Shown: positions 31,472 through 41,907, numbered from the stretch's first letter. The stretch: 64,000 bases of DNA from an uncultured cyanobacterium (GCA_963706595.1 OY970166.1:320001-384000); one strand, 5' to 3'. The notes: a model not told the origin generated them from the letters alone. Program-made: numbers and translations.

Positions 31472-31625
31472 AAATCGATTATACCAAATTTAAAATATTT
31501 TGCTCGTTTCCTCCGTGTCTCCCTTCCTCGCTGTCGCATTGGTCGGGAGACTGTCGTCAATTCACGCGCAATTCATCTCATCACTTCCGCTATCGTGTTA
31601 AGTGAGAGGCTTCTTGCTGTTTAAG
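31155..31625 (-). mobile_element. Non-autonomous IS200/IS605-type element, family B, 471 bp, with structured ncRNA cargo
   Basis: Right-end hairpin CCTACACTG-N11-CAGTGTAGG then AGTATGTCAC; left-end hairpin TCACTT..AAGTGA; preceded by TTAG; excision restores ...CAA GCT GAC TAA. Confidence 0.78.
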
Positions 31626-31708
31626 CTAAAAGTTTGTAGTGAGGACTTTAGTCCTCTGTTCTTCTGTATTTAAAGCCACAGCTTCAGCACATAAATATCC
31701 GCAGAACT

Positions 31709-32629
31709 TCACCTAATAATTTGTGACAACGCTGGCAGTAAATCAGTGTATTCATACTTAAACCCGGCCTCTAAAGTCCGCTTAGGCATGACCTGTTGAC
31801 CTTCTAAAACTACCATCGCTCCATCTCCTAACAGCGCTTCCAGAGCAAACCCAGGAACAGGTAACCAAGAAGGACGCTGCATTACTTGTCCCAAAGTTTG
31901 GCTTAACTCTGCCATGGGGACAGGATGAGGGGCAGTAGCATTATATACGCCTTCCATTTTTGGGTTAGTTAAAGCCTGTAAAATTAAGTTTACTAAGTCA
32001 TCTAAGTGAATCCACGATAACCACTGCCGACCACTACCAAGGGGTCCACCTGCAAAAAGTTTGAAAGGTGTAATCATTTTGCCCAAAGCGCCACCATTTC
32101 CCAGGACAATACCCAAACGCAGAATCACCAGACGCACACCAGCATCTTTGACTTTTTGGGCTTCTGCTTCCCAGGCTTGACAGACTTGAGCTAGAAAATC
32201 GTTTCCAGATGAACTTGTTTCATCAAAGGTAGCTGTTTCACTGGTTCCATAATAACCAACAGCTGAAGCATTGACTAACACAGAAGGCTTAGGATCAGCT
32301 TTGGCTATTGCTTCGACTATTTTCTGTGTACCTAACTGGCGGCTATTGAGGATTTTCTGCTTTTGTTCTGGTGTCCAGCGTTCTTCGGCGATGGGTTCTC
32401 CGGCGAGATTAACGACACCATCACAACCAGCGATCGCATCTTGCCAAGAACCAGATATTGTGGGTGTATAGTCCTGAATTTCTACATTAGGAAAAGCCCC
32501 GGCTGGAAAAACTTTTTGAGCAGAGGAAGTGTTACGAGTTAACACTAATATTCTATGACCATCTTTGTGCAGTCTTTGCACCAGACGACTGCCGACAAAT
32601 CCTGTGGCCCCAGTAATGGCTACTTTCAT
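31709..32629 (-). CDS. thyD: TIGR01777-family NAD-dependent epimerase (ThyD-like)
   Basis: ITGATGFVG, VVNLAGEPI, ASAVGYYG, WIHLDDL. Confidence 0.85.
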   Translation of the reverse strand: MKVAITGATGFVGSRLVQRLHKDGHRILVLTRNTSSAQKVFPAGAFPNVEIQDYTPTISGSWQDAIAGCDGVVNLAGEPIAEERWTPEQKQKILNSRQLGTQKIVEAIAKADPKPSVLVNASAVGYYGTSETATFDETSSSGNDFLAQVCQAWEAEAQKVKDAGVRLVILRLGIVLGNGGALGKMITPFKLFAGGPLGSGRQWLSWIHLDDLVNLILQALTNPKMEGVYNATAPHPVPMAELSQTLGQVMQRPSWLPVPGFALEALLGDGAMVVLEGQQVMPKRTLEAGFKYEYTDLLPALSQIIR

Positions 32630-32669
32630 AATGCAAATGCACCTCAAGCAAACCCCTATTTTAACTTGG

Positions 32670-33107
32670 TTAATCTTCTATATCTTCATCTTCCGCCATT
32701 CCCGGATTTATTAGCGTAATATCATACTCGCTATCATCCGTTTGTCTGGATACGTGAGTATCTTGTAATAAATAATAAATAGCACGTATCTGAGGACCAA
32801 AGACTATCTCATCTTCATTTTTGAGATCGTGAGATGGCATTTTACGTCCATTAACTATCATACCGTTAGCACTAGGCTTTCCTTTAGCATCACCATCGAC
32901 AATCCGATAATAATAACTATTACGACTATGCTCTCGTGGCATTCTCACTAATGTGGCATGGCGACGGGAGACAAACTGAGACATTAAACGAATATCACAC
33001 TCTCGGTCTCTGCCAATAGAGTAGATAGTTTGTTCGAGAGGAATTTCCTTGCGGCCTTGGTCATCCTCAATAATCAGTAGATGGCTTTGATTATTTTCCG
33101 TTACCAT
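32670..33107 (-). CDS. FHA-domain protein
   Basis: IGR, VSRRHA and SANG motifs. Confidence 0.92.
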   Translation of the reverse strand: MVTENNQSHLLIIEDDQGRKEIPLEQTIYSIGRDRECDIRLMSQFVSRRHATLVRMPREHSRNSYYYRIVDGDAKGKPSANGMIVNGRKMPSHDLKNEDEIVFGPQIRAIYYLLQDTHVSRQTDDSEYDITLINPGMAEDEDIED

Positions 33108-33365
33108 TGATATATCTTTATTACAATCGGTTAAAGTTTAAGTAATTAAAATTAACGTAGTATATTATTTCTGACTCTTTGTGAAGTAGTCTGAAAAAAA
33201 CTGTTAAGTTTGTACCTCAGCAGATAAGAAAATGTTACATCGTTTTCTGCCATTCTTACCCATTAAAGTTTTGGAGTAATGAGTTTGATCAGCATGGCAT
33301 TTTACTTGAAAGTGTTCTACAGACTCAGTGGTACTGTTGCTCCAAAAGGAGCTGCAATCAGTCTT

Positions 33366-33399
33366 GGTTACACTTAAGTATCGATACTTAAGTGTAACC
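33366..33399. repeat. Perfect 34-bp palindrome
   Basis: GGTTACACTTAAGTATC|GATACTTAAGTGTAACC. Confidence 0.9.
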
Positions 33400-33457
33400 T
33401 GAGATGGATAAAAAACAGTATTTGATTGACAATATGGATTGTTTTCAATAGCAGTTT

Positions 33458-35983
33458 TTACAGGCGATGAGCTAGTCTCCTCAATAAAATCGAGTTGGTA
33501 ACAACACTAACAGAGCTAAAAGCCATTAATGCTGCTGCTCCAGAAGGACTGAGGACAAAACCAAAATTTGGTAACAATACGCCTGCTGCTAAAGGAATGC
33601 CGGTGGTATTATACGCAAATGCCCAGAACAAATTTTGGCGAATTTTGTTGAAGGTGGCACGACTAAGCTGAATTGATGCCACAACATCATTTAAGCGATC
33701 GCGCATCAAGACAATTTCCGCAGTTTCCATGGCCACATCTGTTCCGGAATACAAAGCAATTCCCACATCAGCTTGGGATAAAGCTGGCGCATCATTAATT
33801 CCATCGCCAACCATGGCGACAACTGAGTGGGAAGTGGGGAGTGGGGAGTGGGGAGTGGGGAGTGGGGAGTGGGGAGTGGGGAGTGGGGAGTGGGGAGTGG
33901 GGGATTGTGATCTTCCTTGTAGCTGGAGAGATTTGATCACATCTGCTTTTTTGGCTGGGAGAACTCCGGCCATCACATCAGCGCTATCTAGTCCTAATTG
34001 TTTAGCTATAGCGTGAGCTGCTTCTAATCTATCGCCACTAAGTAGTATTACCCGTAAACCCATCTCACGTAACTGGTTGACTGTCGCCTCAGCATCCGGT
34101 CTGAGGGTATCTTGAACAGCAATTAGTCCGGCTAAATTCCCCTCAACGGCTACACCCACCACCGTTTTACCATCTTCTGCCAGATGTTGAGCCATTTGTT
34201 GTGCAGCGTCATCAGCAAAAACTCCGTGCTTACTCAACCAGTCCCAGTTACCTAAAAGTACAGACAAACCCTCAACAATGGCAGATACGCCTAATCCAGG
34301 TTCTGTGTGAAAGTCCACAGCATCAGGAATAAATAACTTTTGCTCCTGCGCGGCTTGTTGAATGGCTTTAGCTAGGGGGTGATAAGTACCGCTTTCTACG
34401 GCTGCTGCTAGTTGCAGGAGAGAGTAAGGTTGATGATCATCCCATTCCGCAAAGGGTAGACAATCAGTAACGGTGGGATTGCCTGTAGTCAGAGTGCCTG
34501 TTTTATCAAATACAACTGTATCTAACTGGTGTACTCTTTCCAAGACATCGCCACCTTTGATTAACAAACCTCGTTCAGCACCGATGGCGGTTCCCACGAG
34601 AATTGCTGTGGGTGTAGCCAGTCCTAAAGCACAGGGACAAGCCACAACCATGACGGCGATCGCCAGTTTTAAGCTCGTCAGCACGGGGCTTGCCGTGAGC
34701 GTAGCCGAATGGGAATGGGTCGAAACGCCATCCATCGCCTCTGGAGTAGAAAGTGGCGCGTGACTCATCATATCCATGCCACCAGATACAGTGATATCAG
34801 TCCAGATATGAGTGCCAAAAAAGAACCAAAAAACAAATGTCAACACAGAAGCCGTCAACACACCATAAGTAAAGTAACCGGCGACTGTATCGGCTAATTT
34901 TTGGACTGGGGCTTTCCGGGTTTGGGCTGTTTCTACTAAAGTTACGATTTGTGCCAAAGTAGTATCGCTACCAGTTCGAGTTGCGACTATCGCGATCGCA
35001 CCTGACTGATTCAGAGTTCCTGCGGCTACCAAATCCCCTGGCTGCTTCATCACTGGTACTGCTTCCCCAGTCAGCATCGACTCATTCACCGTGGTTTGCC
35101 CAAACCGCACCTCACCATCAACGGGAATTTTATCTCCTGGTAGTACCTGCAACCATTCGCCAACGCGTACCTTTTCCGCAGGAATCTCCACAATATTTGT
35201 TCCCAAACCTAATTTTTCCGGGTTTGGATTGGGAATCAAGCGGGCTATTTGTGGTTGGAGTGACAGCAATTCCCTAAAAGCGGCTGAGGCTCGACCTCTA
35301 GCTTGTTGCTCTAAAGTCCTACCCAAGAGAATAAAACCCAGCATCATCACCGGTTCATCAAAGAAACATTCCCAACCCATTTGCGGGAACAGTAATGCGA
35401 TTAAACTCGCAGTGTAAGCTGTCAGCGTTCCCAATCCCACGAGGGTATTCATATTAGGCGCATTGCGTCGCCATCCCCGCCAACCATCGACTAAAATTGG
35501 ACGACCAGGAATTAATATTGCCACTGTTGCCAATCCACAGTGAAACCAGATGTTATTCAAAATTGGCAGGATTTGACCACCCATGCTGCCAAAATGTCCA
35601 ATTCCCGACAACACCAGCAATACCCCAGCAATAATTAACTGCCTAAATGAAGAACGCATTTCTCGGCGCTTGCGTTCTTCGGCATCTGGGAGGGTAGATT
35701 CGCCTGCTACTTTTTGGCTAGCTTGACGCGGTTGAGCAGGAAATCCAGCTGATGTCAATCGCTGTGCTAGTGCATCTTGGTCTACCTCACCAGGTTCTGT
35801 GTCTACCACTGCTACCTCCGTAGCCAGATTCACACAGGCGCTTTTGACTCCTGGATATTGCATTAGCTGTCGTTCTACAGCGCTTACACATCCAGCACAT
35901 TTCATCCCCCCAACATCTAGGATAATTTTTTCGGAAGTCGGGGCTGGTTCTGGAGTAAGCTGAGTTTTCGGGGCAAGTTGCAT
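33458..35983 (-). CDS. ctaA: Cu(I)-transporting P1B-type ATPase (CtaA-like)
   Basis: GMKCAGC metal-binding domain, TGE, CPC, DKTGT, HP, GDGINDAP, YN and MAFSS. Confidence 0.92.
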   Translation of the reverse strand: MQLAPKTQLTPEPAPTSEKIILDVGGMKCAGCVSAVERQLMQYPGVKSACVNLATEVAVVDTEPGEVDQDALAQRLTSAGFPAQPRQASQKVAGESTLPDAEERKRREMRSSFRQLIIAGVLLVLSGIGHFGSMGGQILPILNNIWFHCGLATVAILIPGRPILVDGWRGWRRNAPNMNTLVGLGTLTAYTASLIALLFPQMGWECFFDEPVMMLGFILLGRTLEQQARGRASAAFRELLSLQPQIARLIPNPNPEKLGLGTNIVEIPAEKVRVGEWLQVLPGDKIPVDGEVRFGQTTVNESMLTGEAVPVMKQPGDLVAAGTLNQSGAIAIVATRTGSDTTLAQIVTLVETAQTRKAPVQKLADTVAGYFTYGVLTASVLTFVFWFFFGTHIWTDITVSGGMDMMSHAPLSTPEAMDGVSTHSHSATLTASPVLTSLKLAIAVMVVACPCALGLATPTAILVGTAIGAERGLLIKGGDVLERVHQLDTVVFDKTGTLTTGNPTVTDCLPFAEWDDHQPYSLLQLAAAVESGTYHPLAKAIQQAAQEQKLFIPDAVDFHTEPGLGVSAIVEGLSVLLGNWDWLSKHGVFADDAAQQMAQHLAEDGKTVVGVAVEGNLAGLIAVQDTLRPDAEATVNQLREMGLRVILLSGDRLEAAHAIAKQLGLDSADVMAGVLPAKKADVIKSLQLQGRSQSPTPHSPLPTPHSPLPTPHSPLPTSHSVVAMVGDGINDAPALSQADVGIALYSGTDVAMETAEIVLMRDRLNDVVASIQLSRATFNKIRQNLFWAFAYNTTGIPLAAGVLLPNFGFVLSPSGAAALMAFSSVSVVTNSILLRRLAHRL

Positions 35984-36089
35984 GACAAGTGTTGGGTTCG
36001 CTACGAAACTTCAACGCTTCAATAAAAGCGTCTCTCATTTGAGCGTAGGCGAAATTCGGAACTATGACAGAACGTCAATGATATTAATT

Positions 36090-36296
36090 TTATAAATTTA
36101 TGGCCTTGGGTTGAGTTTTACTGCGGCTGCCTCTGAGATAAGTCATGTAAATCACAGATCCAACTTGTATGGGCGCGATCGCAATCAGACTTTTGACAAA
36201 ATAATTAATGTCTAAAATAGACACTGTGTGGAAATAACCCATACCCACCAGCAGGAAAAACACCCAAATAAGATATTTTCGTTTAATTTTTAGCAT
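36090..36296 (-). CDS. Small membrane protein
   Basis: Two hydrophobic segments; downstream of the TM2 gene. Confidence 0.55.
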   Translation of the reverse strand: MLKIKRKYLIWVFFLLVGMGYFHTVSILDINYFVKSLIAIAPIQVGSVIYMTYLRGSRSKTQPKAINL

Positions 36297-36352
36297 AGCC
36301 GTCAAAATGAATTACCAGCACGCATTCAGGAATCATCCTATGAAATAAATTT

Positions 36353-36628
36353 CTAGAACCAGCCCTGCTTATTCACAAAGTAGGTATTAACAAACTCTTC
36401 AGGGGACTTGTTCAAGTAGATCATGCCTTCAATTAACCCCACAAGTTGCATAATTAACAAACTAATGCCGTAGGTAAAAAACCCGCCAACTAAAGCAATA
36501 AGCAGCATGATAAAGCCTTCTGGGGCATATCCTAGAATAAATTTATGCGCTCCAATTCCTCCGAAAATAATGCCGCAGTAACCAGCAAGAAGTTGTTTGG
36601 TTGGTTGACTAGAATTTAAATTAGCCAT
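36353..36628 (-). CDS. TM2-domain membrane protein
   Basis: GIIFGGIGAHKFILGY...GLIEGMIYL. Confidence 0.88.
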   Translation of the reverse strand: MANLNSSQPTKQLLAGYCGIIFGGIGAHKFILGYAPEGFIMLLIALVGGFFTYGISLLIMQLVGLIEGMIYLNKSPEEFVNTYFVNKQGWF

Positions 36629-37324
36629 ATTAGTTTTACTCCTCGGAAAATGGTGATAAAATTTTAATTTTAGTGACAACAAAAATTGTCAAATATATTT
36701 GTTTCGTAAATATATTTTGAATTTTCTGTTATGAGAATTTCGCCCCAATATCTATAGATAAAGCAGTCTGTATACTTTAAAAGCAAAATCAACAATATAA
36801 TACAGAGGAACTATTACTCAGTATCTTTGAAAATATTGTGCTATTTGCTAACTCCTTTAAACTATAAAAAGGCTACTTTAACTAGGTTTTGTCCAGATTT
36901 TCAGCTAAGGTATATTTTCCACTTAGCCCTGATAATTAAAAATCGCACATTTGTTGCTGCTAACTAAAACACTGTTTAATTAAAATTACTTGTATTATTT
37001 GTAGATGCATTTCCTTTTTGGTGAGGAAACAAATTTTACAAGCACAGCAGTAGTTCAGAATTAGAGGAGAATTGCATGGAGTCACAATAGGATTTGTAAC
37101 ACAATGATTACTGCCAAAATGGCAAATAAATACAATAGGTATCTCAGCGATTGCTGAAGTTACCCAGATAATACTCGATGTTTAGCTAAACATTTTGTAA
37201 TTGATTTGACAATATTGCTGGACTGATATTTGCCAGCAGAATTTTTCTGCTCAACACAATATTTATAATCTATAAAGATGTAAGCAAATAATTTTAATAT
37301 TCGCAACCGTATTATGAAATTATA

Positions 37325-38893
37325 TTAATTACCACTACCTAAAATGAATAGACTGAGTAGGGTTCCACTATTCCAGAGACTATGAAGCAGCATGGGAGCC
37401 AAGAGATTGCGCGATCGCGTGTAAACTACACCTAAAACCATCCCCAACGCTGTCAGGGGCAGGATTTCCGATAAACTCAGGTGAGCGATCGCAAACAACA
37501 AACTACTCAAAATAATTGCAGGCCAAACAGGGACATAACGAGTCAGAGAGGGCAGTAAAAAGCCCCGAAATAGCAGTTCTTCAAAAATAGGAGCTGCGAT
37601 CGCCGCAGTAAAGAAAAACAGCCCCAGAGCCACAGTATCTTGGCTTTCCAGCGCCAACTGTAACAAAGGATTACTACCACCCTGACCTTGCCATAATTGT
37701 TGATTAACCAACGACACCACCACCACTATTGGTAAAGCAGCGCAATAACCCCCGAATCCCCATAAAATCCAGCGATCCTGCAAACGGAAGCGAAACCAGT
37801 TTTCTGGTAGCGGAAAAAAGCGCTTGAGCGATAAATAAAGCACCAACAGCGCCCCTGAAGCCACCATCATGTAACTCACTAAAACAGACAAAGCCTGAAG
37901 TCGGACATTCACAATAGGGCGAGGGATGGGAAGCAGCATCACCAAAACAGGTACAAACAGTTGCCCCATAAAGAAAAAGCCGACCACAAAAACCTGTAAA
38001 ATCGTTTCTGCACCCCAAGGCGTTGACCAAGGCAAATCACCATTTTGAGCCAAGATAGCTGATTTCCCCTTGATCAAACGCTGACCAATCAAGACAACCA
38101 GTAATATCAGACCAGTTAATGCCGTAACAGTGGGAATTGTGGCAATTAAAGCTAATTTCACCACAGCTTGGGTCGCAGCTTCTTGTTGTTCCGCCTTAAC
38201 TGTTGATAAAGCTTCTTCTCGTTGCTGGAGTTGGTAAAGTTGAATTAAAGAAGTATAGCGAAACCAGCCATCTAAATTTTTATTAATCAGCTGTTGGGAA
38301 TTAGGTAAAAGTCGAGCAGGATCACGCCATATTCCACTCAACACAGCCGCAGTTTCCCGAAATTCGGGATTAATTTGAGAGCCTTGCGCTAATTCACCCC
38401 AAATCTTGATAGCTGTATCGGTTTTTTCTTGCTTTGCTTGTAAAATTCCTAGACGTAAATCTAAATCAGCCTGTAATTTTTGCAGTTGTTGGAGAGATTT
38501 CTGCAACTTTCCCTGCTGTTCCTGACGCGAAGCTTTAGTGTCAGGAGGCGCATCTGGCAAAGGTTTTGGGGGTATGGGAAGAGCCTGAAATTGAGTCAGT
38601 TGTTTTTGAGCTTTGTCCAAATTAGTTTCAACTGACTGACGCACCTGCTGATATTGCTTTGTAGCACTTTCTAGGGGTTTCTCTCCCAGAATCGCAGCTT
38701 GAATTACTGATAGATTTTCGTCATTACTATCTTCTGGCTGCCAAGCTTGCGCTTGTAGAGCAATATTAGTTTGGTACAATTCCAACGTCGTCTGGAACTG
38801 CGGCTCTTGCAAAGTACCAAATAAAGACGAAACTGACAACAGGATTGCTATCGGCGTTAGGACAAAAAATAAAATCAACCGCTTAATCGTCAT
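37325..38893 (-). CDS. CPBP/Abi family intramembrane metalloprotease
   Basis: EELLFRG, FAIAH and HSLWN motifs. Confidence 0.92.
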   Translation of the reverse strand: MTIKRLILFFVLTPIAILLSVSSLFGTLQEPQFQTTLELYQTNIALQAQAWQPEDSNDENLSVIQAAILGEKPLESATKQYQQVRQSVETNLDKAQKQLTQFQALPIPPKPLPDAPPDTKASRQEQQGKLQKSLQQLQKLQADLDLRLGILQAKQEKTDTAIKIWGELAQGSQINPEFRETAAVLSGIWRDPARLLPNSQQLINKNLDGWFRYTSLIQLYQLQQREEALSTVKAEQQEAATQAVVKLALIATIPTVTALTGLILLVVLIGQRLIKGKSAILAQNGDLPWSTPWGAETILQVFVVGFFFMGQLFVPVLVMLLPIPRPIVNVRLQALSVLVSYMMVASGALLVLYLSLKRFFPLPENWFRFRLQDRWILWGFGGYCAALPIVVVVSLVNQQLWQGQGGSNPLLQLALESQDTVALGLFFFTAAIAAPIFEELLFRGFLLPSLTRYVPVWPAIILSSLLFAIAHLSLSEILPLTALGMVLGVVYTRSRNLLAPMLLHSLWNSGTLLSLFILGSGN

Positions 38894-39067
38894 CTATTCC
38901 CCTTAAAAAATTCACCAGAGTAACGCGTACCCTTTAGAAATTATCTCAATAAAAAGCCAAAGCTTGATCAATATCTTAATATAGCGGTATGCACTTGAAT
39001 CAAGTACATCATAGCCCCCTCCTCGCTTCCACCGGAGGGGGTTGGGGGTGGGGTTGTATCTCACTTA

Positions 39068-40651
39068 GGGACTTCCAAGGAATAAAATCCCCAACTACTA
39101 ATAATGATAATCATTGTAGAGGGGAGAAGTCAGGGCTACCGTTCGGTAGCCCTGACTTCCCTTTTTGTAGTAAATTCAATGATGTTAGGTACAATTTTTC
39201 GAGGAGCTAAGAGTGTCAATTGAATTAACTGATTCGCTCTCAAGTTTGCTTAAAGAAACAGCAACTCAATTGAAAAGTGCAGCCAGACGGCGTTTCCAAG
39301 CGCAAACTGTGATGTCTTTAGGCTACGGAGGACAACTACTAGCTCAAAAAGAATTAGGATGGGATAGAAAAACTATTCGCAAAGGTATTAAAGAATTAAC
39401 TAGTGGGATGACCTGTATCGATAATTATTCGGCGAAAGGGCGTTACAAAGCAGAAGAACATTTACCAAACCTTTTAGAGGATATCAAAAAATTAGTTGAT
39501 TCCCAAAGCCAAACTGACCCAAGTTTTAAAAGCCAAAGACTATATACACGCCTCACAGCAAGTCAAGTAAGAAAGCTGTTGATAGAGAAATTTAGTTATA
39601 GTGATGAAGAATTACCCACATCAGAAACAATTCGCATCAAATTGAATTATTTAGGTTATCGACTTAAACGGGTAGCAAAAGTACTTCCTCAAAAAAAATC
39701 CCCGAAACGGATGCAATTTTTGAGCAATTAGCAATAGTTAATCAATCGGCTTTGAATGACAAGAGCATTTTACGTTTAAGTCTTGATGCCAAAGCTCGTG
39801 TCAATATTGGCGCTTTTGACCGAGGTGGTAAAAACAGGACTCCAACTGAAACTGAAGACCATGATTATCATCCGAAAACAACTGTGACTCCTTATGGGAT
39901 ATTCCTTCCAGAACTAGATGAGCTATTTTTATATTTTACCGAATCCAAAGTAACGAGTGATTTTATTGTTGATGTATTAGTAGACTTTTGGAAAACACAG
40001 AGTAAGCGATTTCCTCTAATTAAAACACTTATTCTTAATCAAGATAACGGTGGAGAGAACAGTTCTCGACGTACCCAGTTCATGAAACGTATAATTGAGT
40101 TTGCTCAGGAATATCAGTTAAACATACGTTTAGCTTATTATCCACCCTATCATAGTAAGTACAATCCAATTGAAAGAACTTGGGCAGTCCTAGAGAACTA
40201 TTGGAATGGTAGTATTTTGGATGAAGTAGAAACGGCGTTAAATTTTGCTCAAAATATGACATGGAAAGGTAAGCATCCTCTTGTTAAATTAGTAACTCGA
40301 ACTTACGAAAACGGAGTTAAGCTTACTAAACAAGCTATGTCAGAAATTGAGAAACAAATCGAGCGACTCACCAATTCTAACTCTGAACACTTCCCGAATT
40401 TAGGTAAGTGGTTTATTGATATCTGTTGCGCGCCAACTTAATGTTGGTCAAGGAATAGTTAAATTATTACTTTGATAAATTGATTTTCACTGCACCCTAC
40501 AGCCCTTAGAGTGTAGATATTTTTCATGCTGATTTTTTCAGAGAAAGTGCTTGCCGACGGCAAGCACTTTCTCTTCCCCTAGCAATGATTATCATTCTCC
40601 AAAAAACATTTTCTCTTAAGTTTTTTGGGTAATTTATTATTTGGAAGTCCC
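39068..40651 (+). mobile_element. ISAzo13-family insertion sequence, 1584 bp
   Basis: TIRs GGGACTTCCAA / TTGGAAGTCCC; TTA target duplication (39065-39067, 40652-40654). Confidence 0.88.
39213..40441 (+). CDS. ISAzo13-family DDE transposase in two frames joined at an A8 tract (39691-39698)
   Basis: DPSFKSQRLY; a -1 shift gives PQKKIPETDAIFEQL; SLDAKA, DNGGEN, YYPPYHSKYNPIER. Confidence 0.88.
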
Positions 40652-40807
40652 TTAACTGATTAACCGCTATATTTTGAGTCTGTTAGTTGTGAATCAGAAT
40701 ATGCCGGGGTCATGGTTAGCGATCGCCACTGGAATCGATACAATGGTAATATCATGACTCAGTAAGCAATAGCGCCATCTGGGGCTAACCCTAAAATTCT
40801 GGTTTTA

Positions 40808-41485
40808 ATGAGCAGCGATATTCAACTCAACCTCTTCGATGACACCAACTCGAACCCACGAGATTTAATCCCCACAAACGCAAAAATCCCTATTAAACCC
40901 GGAACATACAACAATATGACCGAGTTGACACAGGATTGTAATCAGTGCCATCGTTGTGGCTTGGGAGACAATCGGACTCATGCTGTTGTCGGGCGCGGTC
41001 ATCTCCAAGCACCAATTATGCTCATTGGAGAAGCACCCGGTCAAAACGAAGATGAAACCGGTTTACCATTTGTAGGTAGATCAGGACAATTGCTAGAGAA
41101 CATATTAGCATCTGTGAATCTGAGTACCGAACACGATATATATATTGCCAATATTAATAAATGTCGCCCACCAAAAAACCGAGCGCCCAACCCTGATGAA
41201 ATGGCGGCTTGCATACCCTACTTACTAGAACAAATTCGCCTTGTTGACCCGAAAATCATCTTACTCACAGGTGCAACTGCGGTCAAAGGTATCACTGGCG
41301 ACAAGCGAGGAATTACAAAAATTCGCGGTCAGTGGTTAGAGTGGGAAGGGCGTTTATGTATGGCAATTTTTCACCCCTCTTACCTGTTGCGTAATCCTTC
41401 TAAAGAAGTTGGTAAGCCTAAATGGTTGATGTGGCAAGATATCCAAGCAGTGCGTGCCAAGTTGGACGAAATCACTATGAACTAG
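40808..41485 (+). CDS. Uracil-DNA glycosylase, family 4
   Basis: CHRC, GEAPG, PFVGRSG, KCRPP, HPSYLLR. Confidence 0.93.
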   Translation: MSSDIQLNLFDDTNSNPRDLIPTNAKIPIKPGTYNNMTELTQDCNQCHRCGLGDNRTHAVVGRGHLQAPIMLIGEAPGQNEDETGLPFVGRSGQLLENILASVNLSTEHDIYIANINKCRPPKNRAPNPDEMAACIPYLLEQIRLVDPKIILLTGATAVKGITGDKRGITKIRGQWLEWEGRLCMAIFHPSYLLRNPSKEVGKPKWLMWQDIQAVRAKLDEITMN

Positions 41486-41497
41486 GAAAAGTAAAGA

Positions 41498-41735
41498 ATG
41501 TACACAGAAGATCGGTTAAAACAAAAGCTATAGGAAAAAATTAGCCGGTTGTCTCCTGAACACATTTTGCTAGTTACCGACTTTATAGACTCTTTAGATC
41601 AGCCAAATTCAGACCGAATTTTTACTTTAGCAGACTGCAAAGCTTTCTGAGCCAGCTTTGCAAAAAGTCGAGGATAACCCTGATGATGCTGAATATGATC
41701 AACTATGAATTTGGCGATGTTGTTTTAGTTATTCT
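41498..41735 (+). pseudogene. Decayed antitoxin plus N-terminal fragment of a PemK/MazF-like toxin
   Basis: MYTEDRLKQKL*EKISRLSPE...DFIDSL, frameshift, KLSEPALQKV.DNPDDAEYDQL*; overlapping MINYEFGDVVLV then lost. Confidence 0.65.
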
Positions 41736-41907
41736 TCAGTTGCAAATACAACATTTTCATAGAGAAGTTTAATGGGAAACTCAAATTCGATACTTGATAG
41801 AGTGATAATTTCAGACTGGCTTCAATTTAGCCAAATGATCAAATCTGGAATAGCGGCTGAAAGAACTGTAGTTAATACAGGGAATCGGTTAGCACAGGAG
41901 AAAAAAT

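Larger units (their letters stand above)
38980..40671. mobile_element. About 105-bp MITE (TATAGCGGT...ACCGCTATA) interrupted by the ISAzo13 element
   Basis: Inverted ends at 38980-38988 and 40663-40671, on either side of the IS. Confidence 0.7.

Noticed and set aside
31267..31605. 112-aa ORF inside the family B element; also considered a group I intron (IStron)
   Set aside because: No recognisable protein motif; I could not identify a convincing P7 or the other intron core pairings, and the element is antisense to the gene it touches
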